From a virus, in IMG/VR virus record IMGVR_UViG_3300020029_000075, positions 1-6,031 of that record: a stretch of DNA of 6,031 nt, one strand, 5' to 3'. The notes below the pieces were generated by a model, which had not been told where the DNA came from, made no database searches, and worked only from the letters and a program-made list of their open reading frames with translations. Every line of letters starts with the position of its first letter. Positions within the stretch are counted from its first letter, which is position 1. Of this stretch, positions 5,537-6,031 are shown piece by piece. The position numbers were made by a program, and so were the translations under genes.

Positions 5537-5860
5537 TTAGTTCCTTTTCCCTTCTTTTTCCGTCGCGCCTTCATCGCAGTTGAGATTAAAGTTAAACATA
5601 AGAACGATCGTACTGTCGAAAAACTCGATTCCGAAACCGGAAAAGTCCTCACAGGCGGCAATAAGATTGACTATCTCCGAATGGTTGATATAGAGCATAT
5701 CACTGATGTCCGAACTCTCGAAGAAGCGCGCCATAGGAGTATCCGCAATAGCGTCAAAAGGAAGCGGATCGAATTGACCGTCATTGAAACGGCCGATCTG
5801 AACGAGGTCAATTTTGAGAGCCGGATTAACCCGGCGGATGACAATATGAATCTGTGACAT
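5537..5860 (-). CDS. Hypothetical acidic protein (107 aa from the ATG at 5860)
   Basis: The track ORF 5537..5911 begins at a TTG that lies inside ORF106. The first ATG is at 5860..5858, 11 nt after the ORF106 stop, and gives MSQIHIVIRRVNPALKIDLVQIGRF...CDEGATEKEGKRN. It is on the same strand, its third codon positions are pyrimidine-rich like the other genes, and it ends at the start of the large intergenic region. No family was recognised. Confidence 0.6.
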   Translation of the reverse strand: MSQIHIVIRRVNPALKIDLVQIGRFNDGQFDPLPFDAIADTPMARFFESSDISDMLYINHSEIVNLIAACEDFSGFGIEFFDSTIVLMFNFNLNCDEGATEKEGKRN

Positions 5861-5871
5861 AATAATGTGAT

Positions 5872-6031
5872 TTAAAGTTTTACTTGAAATTCTTCGCAAA
5901 AACGTTCCCAATCGGCAGACTGCTTACCCCAGAACTTAACACCTTCGGGTGTCGCAGAAAACAGGAACGCAGAGGTGATGAGATGACTCGGGCCAAAGCC
6001 GAAGTCATGAAGAGAGTGTCGAATGTGGGAG
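5872..6031 (-). CDS. C-terminal part of the same wrap-around ORF106. 5911..6031 duplicates 1..121, and the unique tail is 5910..5872.
   Basis: Continuing the frame from position 1 into 5910 gives WERFCEEFQVKL, then TAA at 5874..5872. That stop is 11 nt upstream of the ORF107 ATG at 5860. The ORF track misses it because the window edge splits it. Confidence 0.5.
   Translation of the reverse strand, partial: SHIRHSLHDFGFGPSHLITSAFLFSATPEGVKFWGKQSADWERFCEEFQVKL
5911..6031. repeat. Terminal direct repeat, copy 2 (duplicate of 1..121). The unique genome is 1..5910.
   Basis: Exact 121-nt identity with 1..121. The implied unit length is 5910 nt. Confidence 0.95.

Noticed and set aside
5861-5911. 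TTG start at 5911 extending ORF107 by 17 codons
   Set aside because: The extension lies entirely inside ORF106 in another frame. An ATG at 5860 sits 11 nt after the ORF106 stop, matching the compact head-to-tail arrangement elsewhere in the genome.
1-6031. Checked for tRNA or rRNA genes, CRISPR repeat-spacer arrays, transposon inverted repeats, and integrase or att sites
   Set aside because: Apart from the terminal overlap, I saw no regularly spaced direct repeats, cloverleaf-like segments, or recombinase or transposase-like ORFs. Nothing here suggests an integrated or composite element.

Overview
The window appears to be one complete circular ssDNA phage genome of the family Microviridae, not phiX-like and closer to the gokushovirus/alpavirus type. 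It is linearised with an exact 121-nt terminal overlap (1..121 = 5911..6031), so the unit length is 5910 nt. All credible genes lie on the minus strand, so the given strand is the complement of the mRNA-sense strand. Reading the minus strand, the order is: small ORF66, then the VP4 HUH rolling-circle replication initiator, the VP1 major capsid protein, an acidic 98-aa protein, a 134-nt structured intergenic region, a 63-aa predicted lipoprotein, the VP2 pilot/minor capsid protein, a Bacteroides-type promoter, a 106-aa ORF that wraps across the window junction and is absent from the ORF track, a 107-aa ORF, and a 216-nt GC-rich hairpin-dense intergenic region. Genes are tightly packed, with overlaps or short gaps such as TAATG and TAGTATG. 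No start codon has a Shine-Dalgarno motif, and one gap contains a perfect TTTG-19nt-TAnnTTTG element, so a Bacteroidota host is a reasonable inference. The most interesting items are the lipoprotein-signal ORF coupled to VP2 (a lysis or exclusion candidate), the unannotated wrap-around ORF with the neighbouring orphan genes, and the two structured intergenic regions that share an inverted 10-mer. No rRNA, tRNA, CRISPR array or transposon is visible. All family assignments rest on motifs, size and synteny read by eye; no database search was possible.
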